A stretch of DNA of 64,000 nt, taken from contig NC_086098.1 in NCBI RefSeq assembly GCF_963921235.1, positions 6,572,001-6,636,000 of the forward strand, read 5' to 3'. Below are positions 24,772-37,859 of this stretch, one piece after another. Both the position numbers and the translations under genes were made by a program. Origin of the DNA: Mobula hypostoma (lineage: Eukaryota). How positions within the stretch are numbered: the stretch's first letter is position 1; the number at the start of each line of letters is the position of its first letter. A model generated the notes under the pieces. That model was not told the DNA's origin and made no database searches. It was given only the letters and a program-made list of their open reading frames with translations.

Positions 24772-26951
24772 CCGTGCGTATAAAATACACGTTTGTATAT
24801 TCACCTTCCTTGAAAGTTTTTGTATTTTATTGTTTTAAAATTGAATCATGGTAGATTTAATTTGGCTATTTTGAAACTGATCAACTGGAAAAGACTCTTT
24901 TATATCCAAGTGAAACAGATCTCTATGAAGAGATCCTAATTACTTACAAAGAAGGATCAGAGCCGTCTCTATTTCCTGAGGAGACTGAGGTCCTTTAACA
25001 TCTGCTGGACGATGCTGAGGATGTTCTACGAGTCTGTGGTGGCCAGTGCTATCATGTTTGCTGTTGTGTGCTGGGGCAGCAGGCTGAGGGTAGCAGACAC
25101 CAACAGAATCAACAAACTCATTCGTAAGGCCAGTGATGTTGTGGGGATGGAACTGGACTCTCTGACGGTGGTGTCTGAAAAGAGGATGCTGTCTAAGTTG
25201 CATGCCATCTTGGTCAATGTCTCCCATCCACTACATAATGTACTGGTTGGGCACAGGAGTACATTCAGCCAGAGACTCATTCCACCGAGATGCAACACAG
25301 AGCGTCATAGGAAGTCATTCCTGCCTGTGGCCATCAACTTTACAACTCCTCCCTTGGAGGCTCAGACACCCTGAGCCAATAGGCTGGTCCTGGACTTATT
25401 TCCTGGCACAAGTTACATATTACTATTTAACTATTTATGGTTTTATTACTATTTATTATTTATGGTGCAACTGTAATGAAAACCAATTTCCCCCGGGATC
25501 AATAAAGTATGACAATGACTATGACTATGACTAAATATAAAACACATAATTGATTACATAAGTATTCACACCCTTCAAGTCAATGTTGAGTAGATGCACC
25601 GTTGGTAGCAATTATAGCCTTGAGTCTGTGTGGATAGGTGTCTATCAGATTTACGCATCTAGACACTGCACTTTTTCCCCATCCTTCTTTACAAAACTGC
25701 TCAAGCTCCGTCAGATTACACTGGGTTCGTGAATGAACAGCCCTTTTCAAGTCCAGCCACAAATTATCCATTGGATTAAGGTCTGGATTCTAACTTGGCC
25801 ACTCCAGGACATTAACTTTGCTTTTTTAAGCCACTCCTGTGTAGCTTTGGCTTTACCCTCGGAGTCATTGTCTGGCTGGCAAACAAACCTTCTCCCAAGT
25901 CGCAGACTGCATCAGCTTTTAATCTAAGATTTCCCTGTATTTTACTGCATTCATTTTATGCTCTAATCTACTTTCACAAGCCTTCCGGGGCCTGCTGCAG
26001 TGAAGCATCCCCACAGCATGATACAGCCACCACCCATGCTTCCCAGTAGGAATGGTGTGTTTTTGATGATGTGCGGTGTTTGGCTTACACCAAATATAGC
26101 GTTTAGTCTGATGGCCAAAAAACTCAATTTTGGTTTCAACAGACCACAGAACCTCCTTCCAGCTGGCTTCAGAGTCTCTCACCTGCCTTCTGGGAAATCT
26201 AGCCAAGATTTCATGTGAGTTTTTATTCCAACTCTTTGGCAGTCTCCAATGAAGCTGTGACTGGTGAAGCAGCTGGGCAACATTGGTGTGTGCAGTCTCT
26301 CCCATCTCAGCCACTGAAGCTTGTAACTCCTCCAGGATTGTCATAGGTCTCTTGGTGGCCTCCCTCACTAGTCCCCTTCTTGCATGGTCACTCAGTTTTT
26401 GAGGACGGCCTGCTCTAGCTAGATTTACAGCTGTGCCATATCCTTTCTTGATGATTGACTTAACTGTACACCAAGGGGTATTCAGTGACTTGCAAATTTT
26501 CTTGTATCCATCTCCTGGCTTGTGCTTTTCAATAACCTTTTCGCCATGTTGCTTGGAGTGTTCTTTTTGTTTCATGGTATAGTTCTTGCCAGGATGCTGA
26601 CTCACTAGCAGTTGGACCTTTCAGATACAGGCATATGTTTGCTACAATCGATTGAAACACCTTGACTGCACACAGGTCTCCAATTAACTAATATTGTAAC
26701 TTCCAATACCAATTGGCTGTGCCTGTGATGATTTGGTGTGTCATATTAAAGGGGCTGAATACTTATGCAGTCAATTATTTTGTGTTTTATATTTGTAATT
26801 AATTTAGATCACTTTGTAGAGATTTGTTTTCACTGACACAAAAGTGTCTTTTTCTGTTGATCAGTGTCAAAAAAGCCAAATTAAGTTCACTGTTGTAAAA
26901 CAATAAAACATGATAGCCTCCAAGGCGGGTGAGTACTTTTTATAGGCACTG
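24772..26951 (-). mobile_element. Tc1-family DNA transposon, decayed, with a Rex1 insertion
   Basis: About 200-bp TIRs ending CACTG-TA. Transposase ORF 25919-26605 (GDGYKKI..GRPQKLS..VLWSVETK). Confidence 0.93.
24950..25533 (+). mobile_element. Rex1/Babar LINE 3' fragment
   Basis: ORF 25012 LRMFYESVVASAIMFAVVCWG..SHPLH..CNTERHRKSFLP, (GACTAT)n tail. Interrupts the Tc1 TIR. Confidence 0.9.
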
Positions 26952-26984
26952 TAATTTGTTTGTGGTTTGTTGTCTGTTTGTTTG

Positions 26985-27145
26985 TTGTCTATAAGGAGTT
27001 TGTATATTCTCCCCATGACCACATGGATTTCCTCTGGGTGCCCCAGATTCCTCCCACAATCCAAAAATGGATGTCTTAGTTGGGTAAATGGGCTGTCTGG
27101 GCTCTTTGGACCAGAAAGACTTGTTTCTGGTCTGTATCTCTAAGT
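26985..27145 (+). mobile_element. V-SINE-type SINE, 5'-truncated
   Basis: GGATTTCCTCTGGGTGCCCCAGATTCCTCCCACAATCCAAA. Confidence 0.75.
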
Positions 27146-27854
27146 GAGAACAACAGAACACTCATCCAATTTGAAGGGAAGGTCCCTCATTACTATTTCC
27201 TGCCGATTTTTCTGTAGAATGCTTCTTCCTTATCCCCTTCTTTGCCCTGGGCGTGGACTTGTGGCAGAGTGGTATCGTCTGCCCGATATATGAAGTGTTC
27301 CTCACTGAAGTGTACTGCAGTGCCCTCCTGAAGAGACCCCAGGCATCTGCCATTTATTGCAGCCAGAATTTCATACGCAGAGCACAATTAAAAACTCCTT
27401 CTATGGGAGCAATGGTCACAGTGGTCCTGAATTGTTTTCCTCTCATTTTGAAGAGAATAGTTTTAAATGTTCAGACATATATACAAGTCTGAAGTTTACT
27501 GTAATAAAATTCAGAGAGGATCACTTGCATCGACAACACCTGCTATGAGGAAAGTTTTTGTCTGAGACAAAGAAGCAGATTAAAGGGCTAGAAGAAGTGA
27601 GGCAAGATATGATAACGAAGGGCCTTTTTTAAATTACTCTCCAAGTGCCCAGTAAATCACTTTTCACTTCAACTGAGATGCAATTCAATATTATCCCATT
27701 CTCGTATTTCCTTACATGAAGTGTGATCCAACATTTTGGTTCAAGCCACTAAGTGGGAGGTTTCCTTTACAACTTGCAAGTACAAAGAAAATACGAGACT
27801 TTCTGTTATTCGTACAGGATGTGAGTGCTGTGCCAAGGTCAGTATTGTTTTACT

Positions 27855-28103
27855 GTATTTGGAGATTCAGCATAGTCACAGGCCCTCCTGATCCACGAGC
27901 CAGAGCAGCCCAATCATACCCATGCGTCCAATTAGCCTACTAAACATTTCATCTTCGGGATGTGTGAGGAAACCAGAAGACCCGCAGGAAACCCCCGTGG
28001 TCATGGGGAGAATGTAGGCTCCTTACAGACAGCAACGGGCATCGAACCCAGGTTGTTAACACAATAATAGCATTTTGCTAACCACTACATTTCTGTACCA
28101 CCC
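27855..28103 (-). mobile_element. V-SINE-type SINE
   Basis: Reverse V-domain and B-box (GGGTTCGATG on the minus strand). Confidence 0.75.
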
Positions 28104-29147
28104 AATGTTATGTTTGCTTCCATTTGCCTCCAGACTGTTGAATTGACGAGCTTGATCATCCACTCTCAAGGGTAAGTAGGAACCATAAGACCATAAAACA
28201 TAGGAGCAGAATTAGGTGAGTCAGTCCACTCTGCCATTTCATCATGCTGATCCATTTCCCCCTCGGTCCCGTCTCCTGCTTTGTCTCTGTATCCTTCACG
28301 CCCTGACTAATCATGAATCTATCAACTTCTGCCTTAAATATACCCAAGGACTTGGCCTCCACAGTCATCCATGGCAACAAATTCCACAGATTCATCACCC
28401 TCTGGCTGAAGAAATTCTTCCACATCTCTGTTCTAAATGGCTGCCCTTCTATTCTAAGGCTGTGCCCTCTGAACTTAAACTCTCCCATCACTGCAAACAT
28501 CATCTCCACATCCACTCCACTGAGGCCTTTCAACATTAGACAGGTAAGAGATCCCCAATCATGTTTCTAACTTCCCCAGAGCTATCAATCACTCTTCATA
28601 TGACAAGACTTTCATTCCCGGAATCATTCTCGTCAAACTTCTCTCATCCCTCTCCAACATCAGCATTTCCTTTCTTAGATAAGGGGTCCAAAACTGCTCA
28701 CAATTCTCCAAATGAAGCCTCACCAGTGCTTTAAAAAGCCTCAACATTATATCCTTGCTTTTATATTTTAGTCCTCTCGAAATGAATGCTAACATTACAT
28801 TTGCCTTCCACACCATAGATTCAACCTGCAAATTAACCTTTAGGGAATCTTGCACGAGGACATCTAAGACTCTTTGCACCTCAGATTTTTGAATTTTCTC
28901 CCTGTTTAGAAAATAGACTACGCTTTTATTTCTTCTACCAAAGTGCATGACCATACACTTCCTGACAATATACTCCATCTGCCATTTCTTTGCCCATTCT
29001 CCTAATCTGTCTAAGTCCTTCTGCAGACTCCCTGCTTCCTCAACACTACCTGCCCCTCCACCTATCTTCATATCGTCTGAAAATGTGGCCACAAAGCCAT
29101 CAAATCTGTCATCCTAATCATTGTCATATAATGTGAGAGGAAGCGGC

Positions 29148-29325
29148 AGCTTCGATGTTGTCGTTTAAAGTTAAATTGGATAGATATACGGACAGGAAAG
29201 GAATGGAAGGTTATGGGCTGAGTGCAGGTCGGTGGGACTAGGTGAGAGTAAGAGTTCGGCACGGACTAGCAGGGCCGAGATGGCCTGTTTCCGTGCTGTA
29301 ATTGTTATATGGTTATATGTTATAT
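29148..29325 (+). mobile_element. Short CR1 3' end nested in CR1
   Basis: Near-identical to the reverse complement of 17251-17400, with a TATATGGTTATATG tail. Confidence 0.9.
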
Positions 29326-30209
29326 GGCCCCAACATAAATCCCTGTGGAACACCACTAGCTACCGGCAGCCAGTCAGAAAAGGCTCCCTTCATTCCCACT
29401 CTTTGCCTTGTGGCAATCAGCCAATGCTCTATCCATGCTAGTATCTTTCCTGTAATACCATGGGCTCTCATCTTGTTAGCAGTCTTATATGCAATACCTT
29501 GTCAAAGGCCTCTGAAAATCCAAGTACACAACATCAACCGATTCTCCTTTGTCTATCCTGCTTGTTATTTCTTCAATGAATTCCAACAGATTTGACATAT
29601 GGTTTTCTCTTGAGGAAACCATCCTGACTACGGCCTATTTTATCATGTGCCTTCAAGAACCCTGAGACGTCATCCATAATAATCGACTCCAACATCTTCC
29701 CATCCACTGAGGTCAGATTAACTGGCCTATAGTTTCCTTTCTTCTGCCTTTCTCCTTCTTGAAGAGTGGAATGGCATTATCAATCTTCTGGTTTTCCAGA
29801 AACATGCCAGAACCTAATGATTCTTGCAAGATCATTATTAATGACTCCATAATCATTTCAGCCACCATTTTCAAAACCCTGGGAGGTATACCATTTTTTC
29901 CAATTGACTTATCTACCTTCAAACCTTAGAGTTTGCCTCTCTTATGTAATAGCAATGGCACTCACTCCTGCTCCCTGACACTCACGGACCTCTGGCACAC
30001 TGCTGGTATCTTCCACAGTGAAGACTGATGCAAAGTACTTAATTAGTTCGTCCGCCATTTCCTTGTCCCCCATGACTACCTCTCCAGTATCATCTTCCAG
30101 TTGTCCAATATCCACTTGTCTGTTTTTTATTCTTTATATATCTGAAAAAATCTTTGGTATCCTCTTCAATACTATTTGCAAGCTTATCTTCATATTTCAT
30201 CTTTTTGAT

Positions 30210-30900
30210 TGAGCAATCTGGTGGTTGGCAATCTCCGAGGTTTAGAGTGGTGTATGTGGCCTGGAGATGGGCACAAGCCCATGATCAACACCATTTCTCG
30301 CCGATTAAAGTATCAAGCAAGATTGAAATCAGCAAGGATGAAAGGGGAATGTGAACAGGTATTCAGCACTACCTGCCTGTAGTTGACTGGCCTCGCTCAC
30401 TGCTCTCAGCAGAAGGTGCCTGCATCTAAACTGGTCCTTCCCTCCCTCTCATTCAATGCCACCAGAGAACGGTGCCAGAGTCTTGACTCTTAGGCAAGGT
30501 TTAATCGACACAGTTTGTGTATTAGACAACGTTCATGTTCTGCTGTATTTCCTGTTTCTGATTACTCCTTTTTTATTGCTACTTTTTGCAATTTAGATCT
30601 GGGTGGACAGGCTCTGCTGCTGCAGTTAACGGACAGCACAGCATTAAGGTGAACTGCACTGAACATTCCTGGACTAATGTAATCACTTTGTGGTTTGATG
30701 TTTTACATTCTCTACTTCCCACTTGTTTTTAGTTACTTGCGTGATTTGTTCCATTTTATTGCACATTTGGTGTTTGCTGTTTTCTTTCAAACTGTTCCCT
30801 GGTGTTTCTTTGTTTTGTGGCTGTCTGTGGGGAAGATGAATCTCAGGGTTGTATACTGCATATATACTTTAATAATAAAAGTACTTCGAATTTTTTGAAT
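30210..30900 (+). mobile_element. Non-autonomous retroelement with a Rex1-like 3' tail
   Basis: GATGAATCTCAGGGTTGTATACTGC..AATAAAAGTACTT tail. The body resembles 51850-52280. Confidence 0.65.
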
Positions 30901-31006
30901 CTTCCCCCCTCCATGGCATTTTTTATTTGTATTCTATTGCTTTTTAAATGGTTTCCAATCCTCTAACTTCCCATTAATTTTTGCTCTATTATATGACTTT
31001 TCTTTG

Positions 31007-31671
31007 TGTAGTGTTCTCGTGCAGTGTGTTGAAACTCTGACTAAACACCAAGTTAAACCGGAGCCAATGAAGACAGAATCGTAGTAAGGTTAACCATTTA
31101 CTGTTCACTCTTCCACATTGACATCGTATGGTGAAAACTGTTGATAAAAAAATACAAACATATACAGTGTTTGGTTCATTCTGGAGACCACACACGCTCT
31201 CTTCTTTTAGCGAGTGTCTCCAGCCGCAGCGAGTAGCGGGCGAGGGGAGTCCCGTCAAACCGCTGCTGGGCTCGAGCTCACCCTGCGCTTGAAATTGAAA
31301 AGCCGGCACGCGCGCCACCCGAACTGCCGCTTCCTTAACAGAAACCGCGTTAATATTTTTACTTCAAATACATTCTTATGAACTTACGGCGTTGCTTCTA
31401 TAATGTTTCTGTGGGTAAAAATGGAGTTTTTCACGATCATGCTGCACGCATGGAACCCACCTTCACACCTTCCCAAACCGGAGATTACGCGAGAAGCGGC
31501 GAAACCGGAGGTGACGTCATCACATGCCGTGATATATCATAGACAATGAATTTACCTTTGTTATACTGTAACTTAATTATCAACCTTTAACTTTAACTAG
31601 AAAATAGTTACAAACAAATTATTTAAAATGTAGACCCAACAAAGTCAAATAGATGCCTTAAGGGCAACACA
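31007..31671. mobile_element. Solo LTR (665 bp)
   Basis: TGT...ACA ends, imperfect 5-bp TSD CTTTG / GTTTG, cleanly interrupts CR1, CpG-rich with TGACGTCA at 31512. Confidence 0.7.
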
Positions 31672-32122
31672 GTTTGCTTTTATGGGGATTTTAACTCCCC
31701 TCGTCAGCCATGGTTGTGTCATTATGTTGGCAGTTTTGCCGAGGCAGTAAGAAGGCAGCCCTCCATGAATCCATGATTTGATGCTGCTCGATCTGCTGAG
31801 CTCCTTCAGCAAATCACTTGTTGCTGTATGACACCTTGTCTCCTCTGAAGGTTAAATTCGATCATCTTTGACAGTTCACCTTTAACCTCAGCATCAGTTT
31901 CTGGCACAAGCCCATAACCCTCTCATCCTTTATCAACTTATAACCTTTTTACGTTTGTCATCAACATCTCCATCAAGTGAACTTAGGAGGCAGGCTTGCT
32001 GAAGAACATTCTTCTTATCTCAGTCCAGTTGAGGTCAGAGACAGAACCGGATGCACAACAGCTCTGGCAGGGTTTGCAGGCCATTACTTTCTCAAAGCAA
32101 AACACAACCTTATAAATAGCAG

Positions 32123-32905
32123 GGCAACACACACAAAATGCTGCAGGAACATAGTAGGCCTGACTGCATCTGTGGAAAAGAGTAAACAGTCAACGCTTCT
32201 GGCCGAGACCCTTCATTGGGACTGGAAATGAGGGGAAAAGTCAGAGTAAGAAGGTGGGGGGACGGGAGGAAGAAGTACTAGGTGGCAGGTGATAGGTGAA
32301 ACCAGGAGAGGAGATGAAAGTGAAGTAAAGAGCTGGAAAGTTGTTTGGTGAAAGAGACAAAGTGTTAGAGAAGGGGGAATCTGATAGGACCAGACAGAAG
32401 GCCATGGAAGAAAGGGAAGGGGGAGGGGCACTAGAGGGAGGTGATGGGCAGATAAGGAGATAAGGTGAGAGAGGGAAATGGGAAGTGAAAGACAGGGGGA
32501 GGGACAATTATCAAAACTTCAAAAAGTTAATGTTCATGCCATCAGGTTGGAGGCTATCCCAATGGAATATAAGTTGATCCTTCAACTTGAGTGTTGCCTC
32601 ATTGTGACGGTAGAGGAGGCTAAGGTCTGACAAGTTGGAATAGGAGTGGGAAGTAGAATTGAAATGGGTGGAAACTGGTACATCCTGCTTTTTGTGGCGG
32701 ATGGTGCGTTGGTGCTCAGCGAAGCGGTCACCCAATCTACGTCGGGTCTCACTGATAGACAGGAAGGCACACCAGGAGCACTGGATACAGAAGGTGACCC
32801 CAACAGACTCACAGGTGAAGTGCCACCTCAGCTGGAAGGACTGTTTGTGGCCCTGAATGGTGGTGAAGGAGGAGGTGTTGGGGCAGGTGTCGCACTTGTT
32901 CCACT
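32123..32905 (-). mobile_element. Penelope-like element 3' part: GIY-YIG endonuclease remnant plus pseudo-LTR
   Basis: ORF 32511-32735 GDRFAEH..PVSTHFN..SH..LQPDGMN. Decayed hammerhead motif at 32187-32224. Confidence 0.9.
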
Positions 32906-32914
32906 TGTTCTAGC

Positions 32915-33778
32915 AGGGGTAAGTGAAGGGAACACATACCAATCCTCATCAAGAAATCAGAAGGGGAAAGGGTGAGCAGTTTAAAGTTCCCGGGTGTCAA
33001 CATCTCTGAGGATCTATTCTGGGCCCAACATATTGAAACAATTACAAATGGAATGCAAAGGAAGTTCATATTTTTACTGTTATGCTGTATGTATTTCATT
33101 TTGGCAGCTTTGTAAGAGCAGTCTGTTGTGTTTTCCAGCTTGTTTGGGTTACTGTTGAAGATAAGAGAGAGGAGAAACGCGTGCCAACCAATTAGGATGG
33201 TCAGATTAAGGAGAGGTTTCTCTGGTGAGGGACACTAAGGTTGGGCTTGGAGTTATTTTCCAGAGGAGATGAAGAGAGAAGACGCTGGGGAGAACCGGTC
33301 ATAGCATACGATCCGGTGGGAGACTCGTTTGTTCGAGATAGATTGAGCGCAATGTTTGGAAGGTGCTGCGTGCTTTCATGTTGACCGAGAGCCCAGTGTG
33401 TGAGTGACAGAGAAGTTCAAGATGAGCTCCAACTTGTGCACATTTAACTGTTTAATTAGAATGGGGCCTTTTCTTTTTGTTATTCTTTACTAACCCTTCA
33501 GTTAAGATTCATAAATGTCATTCCTTTAACTGTATGTAATGTTCTGTCTGTTATTTTGTGGCATTAATTTGTAACAGGGTAGCAAATGACACAACATCTA
33601 CACAAACCAAGGTTTGGGGTGGGATCGAGCCATCTCAGTCTCACGCGTTTGGCAGGGCCAGAGGTTGTCTTCCCTAGACCTACACAACCAAGGAAACCAG
33701 GGTGTTTCACAAAGTGGGCACAATAGCAGCTATAATTCATTAGAAGTTTGAGGAGACTTGGTTTGTCACCTAAAACAT
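32915..33778 (+). mobile_element. Rex1/Babar RT fragment interrupted by a solo LTR
   Basis: VSSLKFPGVNISEDLFWAQH..., continuing after the LTR as ..AQ..LRRLGLSPKT. Confidence 0.75.
33049..33709. mobile_element. Solo LTR (661 bp)
   Basis: TG...CA ends, perfect 4-bp TSD CAAA (33045-33048 / 33710-33713). Confidence 0.75.
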
Positions 33779-36700
33779 ACAAAAATAACTCACCCCCTTG
33801 GAAATTTTTATGCTTTTTTTTGCAACATTAAATCACAATAGACTTAATTTGGCTTAATTTGACATTGATCCACCGAAAAAGACTCTTTCGCATCAAAGTG
33901 AAAGCTGGTATCTACGAAGTGATCTAAATTAGTTGTAAGTATAAAACACAAAATAATTGACTATACAGGTTTCCCCCGCCATCAGAAGATAGAGCGTTCC
34001 TATGAAACGGTTTGTAAGCCGAAATGTCGTAAAGCGAAGAAGCAATTACCATTTATTTATATGGGAGAATTTTGTGAGCGTTCGCAGACCCAAAAATAAC
34101 CTACCAAATCATGACAAATAACACATAAAACCTAAAATAACAGTAACATATAGTAAAAGCAGGAATGATATGATAAGTACACAGCCTATATAAAGTAGAA
34201 ATACTTCTCTACAACGATTGCCTGCACAGACCTCCGTAGCGAAAATCTCACGCAAGCGTTCTCGGCAGAAACACGGCGCAAGCGCGCTCCGGTAACCTTT
34301 AAGCTATGAGGCTGCCAAATCTACCAAATAACAGGTAAAAATACACAGCCTATATAAAGTAGAAATAATGTATGTACAGTGTAGTATCACTTACCGGAAT
34401 TGGGAAAACAGTGCCGAGCACACTGATGATGGTGTGTTAGACTGAGTCGTCGCAGGTTGGGTGGTTTAGTGGCCCCCACCCTCCGGGCCACCGACCCGAT
34501 ACATTGCCGCGAAGAACGCAGCAGCAGCTGGGAGACACACAGCACATCGTTAAGAAAAAAGCCGAAATAAGCATGCTAATTAATTAGGTGCCGCCGTCAC
34601 GTAATTGTCGGCCCAGATCAGAGGCGATGCAATCAAAAATCGGCACTGAACTGGGTCGACAATTACGTGTCGGCGGCACCTACTTTATTAGCCATGTTTA
34701 TTTCGGCTTTTTTCTTAAAGATGTGTTGTGTGCCTCCCGGCTACTGTTGCGTTCTCCGCGAATCGGTACAGTATCTGTCCGGGGCCCGGGTGTTGGGGTG
34801 GTGGGACACAGGGGTGTCATCTCATCGTCGATCAGGGCAGGCAGCTCATCTTCTCCTATGACTGCCCGCCTCGATATCGAAGGTCGAGGTTCATCGTCTG
34901 CTGTGGCTGATGTGGAAGGCTTGCTTGACTACTGAGCCTCGCGCGTTTTTCTATTACACAGTTGTTTGTAAGGACTCAAACCATCCTGCAAATATCCCCT
35001 AAACCTACGTACCCTTTCAAAATTAAAGTCGTACTTATCATTGCAGCGAAAATCTCGCAGTGGCTTCACGTTCATTTCGCGACTGCATTTGGTTTCATTT
35101 GTTATCCTTTCCTCTTCCAATTGCTTCAGCTCTTCATCTATCAGTTCTTGGTCATGGGATGCCAAAACCTCTTCAACATCATCTTCATCAGCTTCCACAA
35201 GCCAAACTCACTTTGTCCTTACTTCGTTCACCATGATCGAAACGCTTAATTATGTCTAGTTTTACGCTAAGTGTAACATCCTTACTCTTTCAGGCTTTTC
35301 TGACACCTTAGAACTCATCTTGCTAACGGCTGCTCAATGCAATGTGTTAAAGCAATGCTGTTCCGAGTCCGGGACAGAGCGGCTGCTCGGGGCACGTGCT
35401 GCCTTTCTTCGTAACAGTGAAAACACCTTCTGAAAGCGAAAACAAGGTACTAATGTAGGCCTTTCGTAACAGTGAAGTTTCGTAAAGCAAACGTTCGAAA
35501 AGCGAGGGACACCTGTATAGGTATTCACCCCCTTTGATATGACACACCAAGTTATCACTGGTTCAGCCAGCTGGTTTTAGGAGTCACATAATTAGTTAAA
35601 TGGAGATCACTGTCTGCAGTCAAGGTGTTTCAATTGATTTTCATAAAAACGCACAGATATCTGTAAGGTCCAGTTGATAGTGAGTCAGTATCATGTCGAA
35701 AACTACACCATGAAGACAAAAGAACACTCTAAGCAACTCCACAAAAAGGTTATTGAAAAGCACAAGTCAGGAGACGGATACAAGAAAATTTCCAAGTCAC
35801 TGAATATTCCTCGGAGTACAGTTAAGTCAATCAAGAAATGGAAAGAAGATGGCTCAGCTGTAAATCTGCCTCGAGGAGGCCGTCCTCAAAAACTGACTGA
35901 CTGCAAGAAGGGGACTATTGACTGCAAGTGAGGGAGACCTATAACAACTCTGGAGGAGTTATGAGCTTCAGTGGCTGAGATGGGAGAGACTGCACGCACA
36001 ACAACTGTTGCCCAGCTGCTTCACCGGTCCCAGCTTTATGGGAGAATAGCAAAGAGAATGCCACTGTTGAAAAACTCACGTGAAATCTTGGCTAAAGTTT
36101 ACCAGACAGCACATGGCAGACTCTGAAGTCAGCTGGAAGAAGGTTCTAATGTCTGATGAAACCAAAATTGAGCTTTTTGACCATTAGACTAAACACCATG
36201 ATTGGTGTAAGCCAAACACCACACATCATCAAAAACACACCAACCCTACCGTGAAGCATGGTGGTAGGTGCAACATGCTGTGGGGATGCTTCACTACAGC
36301 AGGCCCTGGAAGGCTTGTGAAAGTAGAGGGTAAAATGAATGCAACAAAATACAGGGAAAACCTGGAGGAAAACCTCAAGCAGTCTGCAGGAAAATGCAAC
36401 TTGTGAGAAGATTTGTTTTCCAGCAAGACAATGACTCTAAGCATGAAGCCAAAACTACACAGGAATGGCTTAAAAACAATAGTTAATGTCCTGGAGTGGC
36501 CAAGTTACAGTCCAGATCTCAATCCAATTGAAAATTTGTGGCTGGACTTGAAATAGGATATTCACTCACAATCCCCATGCAATCTGACAGAGCCTGAGCT
36601 ATTTTGTTAAGAAGAATGAGGAAAAATTGCAGTGTCCAGATATGCAAAGCTGATAGAGACTGTCCACACAGACTCGAGGCTGTAATTGCTGCCAAAGGTG

Positions 36701-36896
36701 CATCTACTAAATACTGACTTGAAGGGGGTGAGTAATTACGCAATAAATTATTTTGTGTTTAATAATTACAATAAATTTAGACCTATTTGTAGAGATTCAT
36801 TTTCTCTTTGACATGAAAGAGTGTTTTCTGTTGATAGTGACAAAAAAGCCAACTTAAATCCGCTGGGTGGGGGGTGAATACTTTTTTTCGGCACTG
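33778..36896 (+). mobile_element. Tc1-family DNA transposon, decayed, with a Tigger insertion in its left TIR
   Basis: ORF 35674 [30 protein letters not shown] and [11 protein letters not shown] motifs, right end CACTG-TA. Confidence 0.93.
33966..35515 (-). mobile_element. Non-autonomous Tigger/pogo-type DNA transposon
   Basis: TA duplication on both sides, TIRs CAGGTTTCCCCCGC / CAGGTGTCCCTCGC, ORF 34929-35198 DDVEEVLASHDQELIDEEL..PYKQL resembles a Tigger transposase acidic C-terminus. Confidence 0.85.
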
Positions 36897-36914
36897 TATT
36901 AATGTGTGCCTGTG

Positions 36915-37130
36915 TGTGTGTGTATATAAAATAGTTAAATTAAGTAGAACAAAAGAAAAAAAAAGTAGTGAGTTAATGGTCATGGGTTCAATGTCCAATC
37001 AGAAATCAGTTGGTAGAGGGGAAGAAGCTGTTCATGAATTGCTAAGTGTGTGCCTTTATGCTTCTGTACCTCCTCCCTCATGGTAGCATTGAGAAGAGGG
37101 CATGTCCTGGGTGATGGTGGGTCCTTAATG
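36915..37130 (-). mobile_element. Rex1/Babar 3' fragment
   Basis: Reverse ATCATTAAGGACCCACCATCACCCAGGACATGCCCTCTTCTC, the IIKDP.HPGHALFS motif. Confidence 0.7.
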
Positions 37131-37445
37131 ATAGTGGTTAGGGCTCAGTGCTTTCATCACCACTGCCCGGGTTCGAATCCTTGCCAGTGAAGATTGTTAA
37201 GGATCGGCCCTGGCATAGTGGTTAGCATAACACTAGCTCAGTGCCAACGACCGGGGTTCAATTCCCACTGCTGTCTGTAAGGAGTTCATTCTCCCCGTGA
37301 CCACGTGGATTTTCACCGATGCTCCAGTTTCCTCCCGCAGTCCAATGACATTCCAGTTAGTCGGATAATTGGTCACATGGGTGTAATTGTATCGCTCATC
37401 GGGCCGAAGGTCCTGTTACTGTGCTGTTTCTCTAAATAAATAAAT
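37130..37445 (+). mobile_element. V-SINE-type SINE preceded by an additional tRNA-like head
   Basis: Two A/B-box sets (TAGTGGTTAG..GGTTCGAATCC and TAGTGGTTAG..GGTTCAATTCC), V-domain, (AAAT)n tail. Confidence 0.75.
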
Positions 37446-37859
37446 CTCACTGTATGTTTTCATGTACATGATAAATAAATCTCCCTGTATGTTTTGATGT
37501 ACATGACAAATAAGTCTAATCGTTAATCTAATCTGATCAGATTCCCTGCATCTACAGTCTTTCTTGTGCCTGACATTATAAGATTTGTTTTCTGAAGTTT
37601 TCGTGTGGGCTAATAAGTGAAGATGCAGTTAGCTTTGACTGACATTACAATAACAATTTTCACATGTACGCGTCATTTGGAGATGCAAACCTGAAATCAT
37701 TCCCTTATGATTTGATCACTTGTCTTCTAGTAGTCTTCAGCAAGTTGTTGAAGTGTTGTTTTACATGGATTCCAATTTATAATACTATCAGACCATAAGA
37801 TCAAGGAACAGAAATAGGCCATTAGGCCCGTTGAGTCTGCTACTCCATTCCACCACGAC

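Larger units (their letters stand above)
28181..31730 (-). mobile_element. Decayed CR1 ORF2 hosting three insertions
   Basis: ORFs 28156-28536, 28589-29092 and 29713-29922. CR1 sequence resumes at 30900-31006 and 31672-31730. Confidence 0.9.
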
